Assembly: GCF_036321535.1 (NCBI RefSeq)
Contig: NC_087437.1
Span: forward strand, 40,240,001-40,304,000
Length of the DNA stretch: 64,000 nucleotides
Reading direction: 5' to 3'
Source: Camelus dromedarius
Lineage: Eukaryota
This document shows positions 63,060 through 64,000 of the stretch, piece after piece. Every line of letters begins with the position of its first letter. Positions within the stretch are counted from its first letter, which is position 1. Below the pieces are notes generated by a model. It was not told the DNA's origin. It was given only the letters and a program-made list of their open reading frames with translations, and did not search any database. A program made the translations under genes and the position numbers.

Positions 63060-63920
63060 ACATTCTGTTTAGACAGACTGAGTAAACATCCACACGGTGG
63101 AGTACTATGCAGCTGTTCCTCTAGCAAAGTATTACAGCTATTAAAAAGCAATAATAGAATTCAAACATCACCATTTTGCACCCCTAAAAACTAAAGGATA
63201 TAAACAATGATCATAAATGACTGTTAACAGCACAAAAAGAGAAACAACCAGACATTCCTCCTTATGGAAGCGCATGAAACAATTAAAAAAATAGCAAAAT
63301 CCAAACTGTGGGAAACCAGATAGTAGAAATGACCTGATTTTCTCCAACAAATAAATTGCAATGAAAAACAAAGAAAGGGAAAAGGAAAGCCAATAGATTA
63401 AAAGATACTAAAGATTCAAATCACCCAGATGTAAAAGCTTTAGAAACAGACGTTGATGGTGGCAATGCATTATGAATATAATTAATGCCACTAAATTGCA
63501 CACTTAAAAATGGTTAAAATCACAAAGTTTATGTTATATATATGTATATACATATTCTCCCACAATAAAAAATTTTAAAGATCCATATCACCCAGTACAA
63601 TTAATTGGATGCATATTGAATACTCTGTAAAAAAGAATTGGAGAAATTTGAACACAATTGGGGATATTCAATGCTATTAAAGAATTACTCTCTGTTTTTT
63701 AGATGTGATAATAGTGACTTTTTATTAGTGGTAAGAACATTTAACATGAAATCTTTCCTCTTAACAAAATTCTAAGTGCGCAATGTAATATTGTTAAGGT
63801 ACGATGCTGTGCAGCGGGTCTCTAGAACTTACCTAAGTTTTTTAAAATTTCATGTCTCTTAGAAGTCTATACTGAAATATATACAGACAAAAATAATATA
63901 TATTGGATCTGGGATTTGAT
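63060..63920 (+). mobile_element. Nested old L1 (L1MC/L1MB) 3' fragments
   Basis: CAAAATCCAAACTGTGGGAAAC...CAATAGATTAAAAGA..., CACTTAAAAATGGTTAAAAT. Confidence 0.6.
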
Positions 63921-64000
63921 TTTGCCTTACCTACAATCTAATAAATTATCCACTTATTATTTTATGGAGCTTGGGAGAATCTCATCTCTTGAGTCAGAGA

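Overview
Mammalian genomic DNA, most likely camelid: it carries three Vic-1-type tRNA-derived SINEs and young artiodactyl-type L1s, and I saw no Alu, Bov-A2 or CAN SINE. The only intact protein-coding gene is SAMD7 on the + strand. It has two non-coding exons (~37920-38048, 38971-39045) and seven coding exons (45011-60657), all GT-AG, giving a 453-aa ORF from ATG 45037 (448 aa from ATG 45052) with a C-terminal SAM domain. CRX/OTX-type motifs lie in its promoter, and a CRX + NRL/Maf motif cluster lies in intron 2. The upstream ~37 kb is mostly interspersed repeats: L1, L2, MIR, MaLR, MER34, MER21, MER20B, MER63, Charlie1, solo LTRs, and a 3.7-kb deleted class I ERV with PBS-Arg, an RNase H remnant and a CpG-rich minisatellite in one LTR. 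Unexplained signals are: (i) a chain of splice-site-bounded, protein-like but stop-containing segments on + at 792-7153, possibly a decayed multi-exon gene; (ii) a second such chain on - at 28097-25500; (iii) a TSD-flanked, tailless 5' half of tRNA-Lys(CTT) in SAMD7 intron 7; (iv) a spliced 29-codon uORF in the SAMD7 5' UTR. Repeat family names and orthologue comparisons come from recalled sequences, not from a database search.
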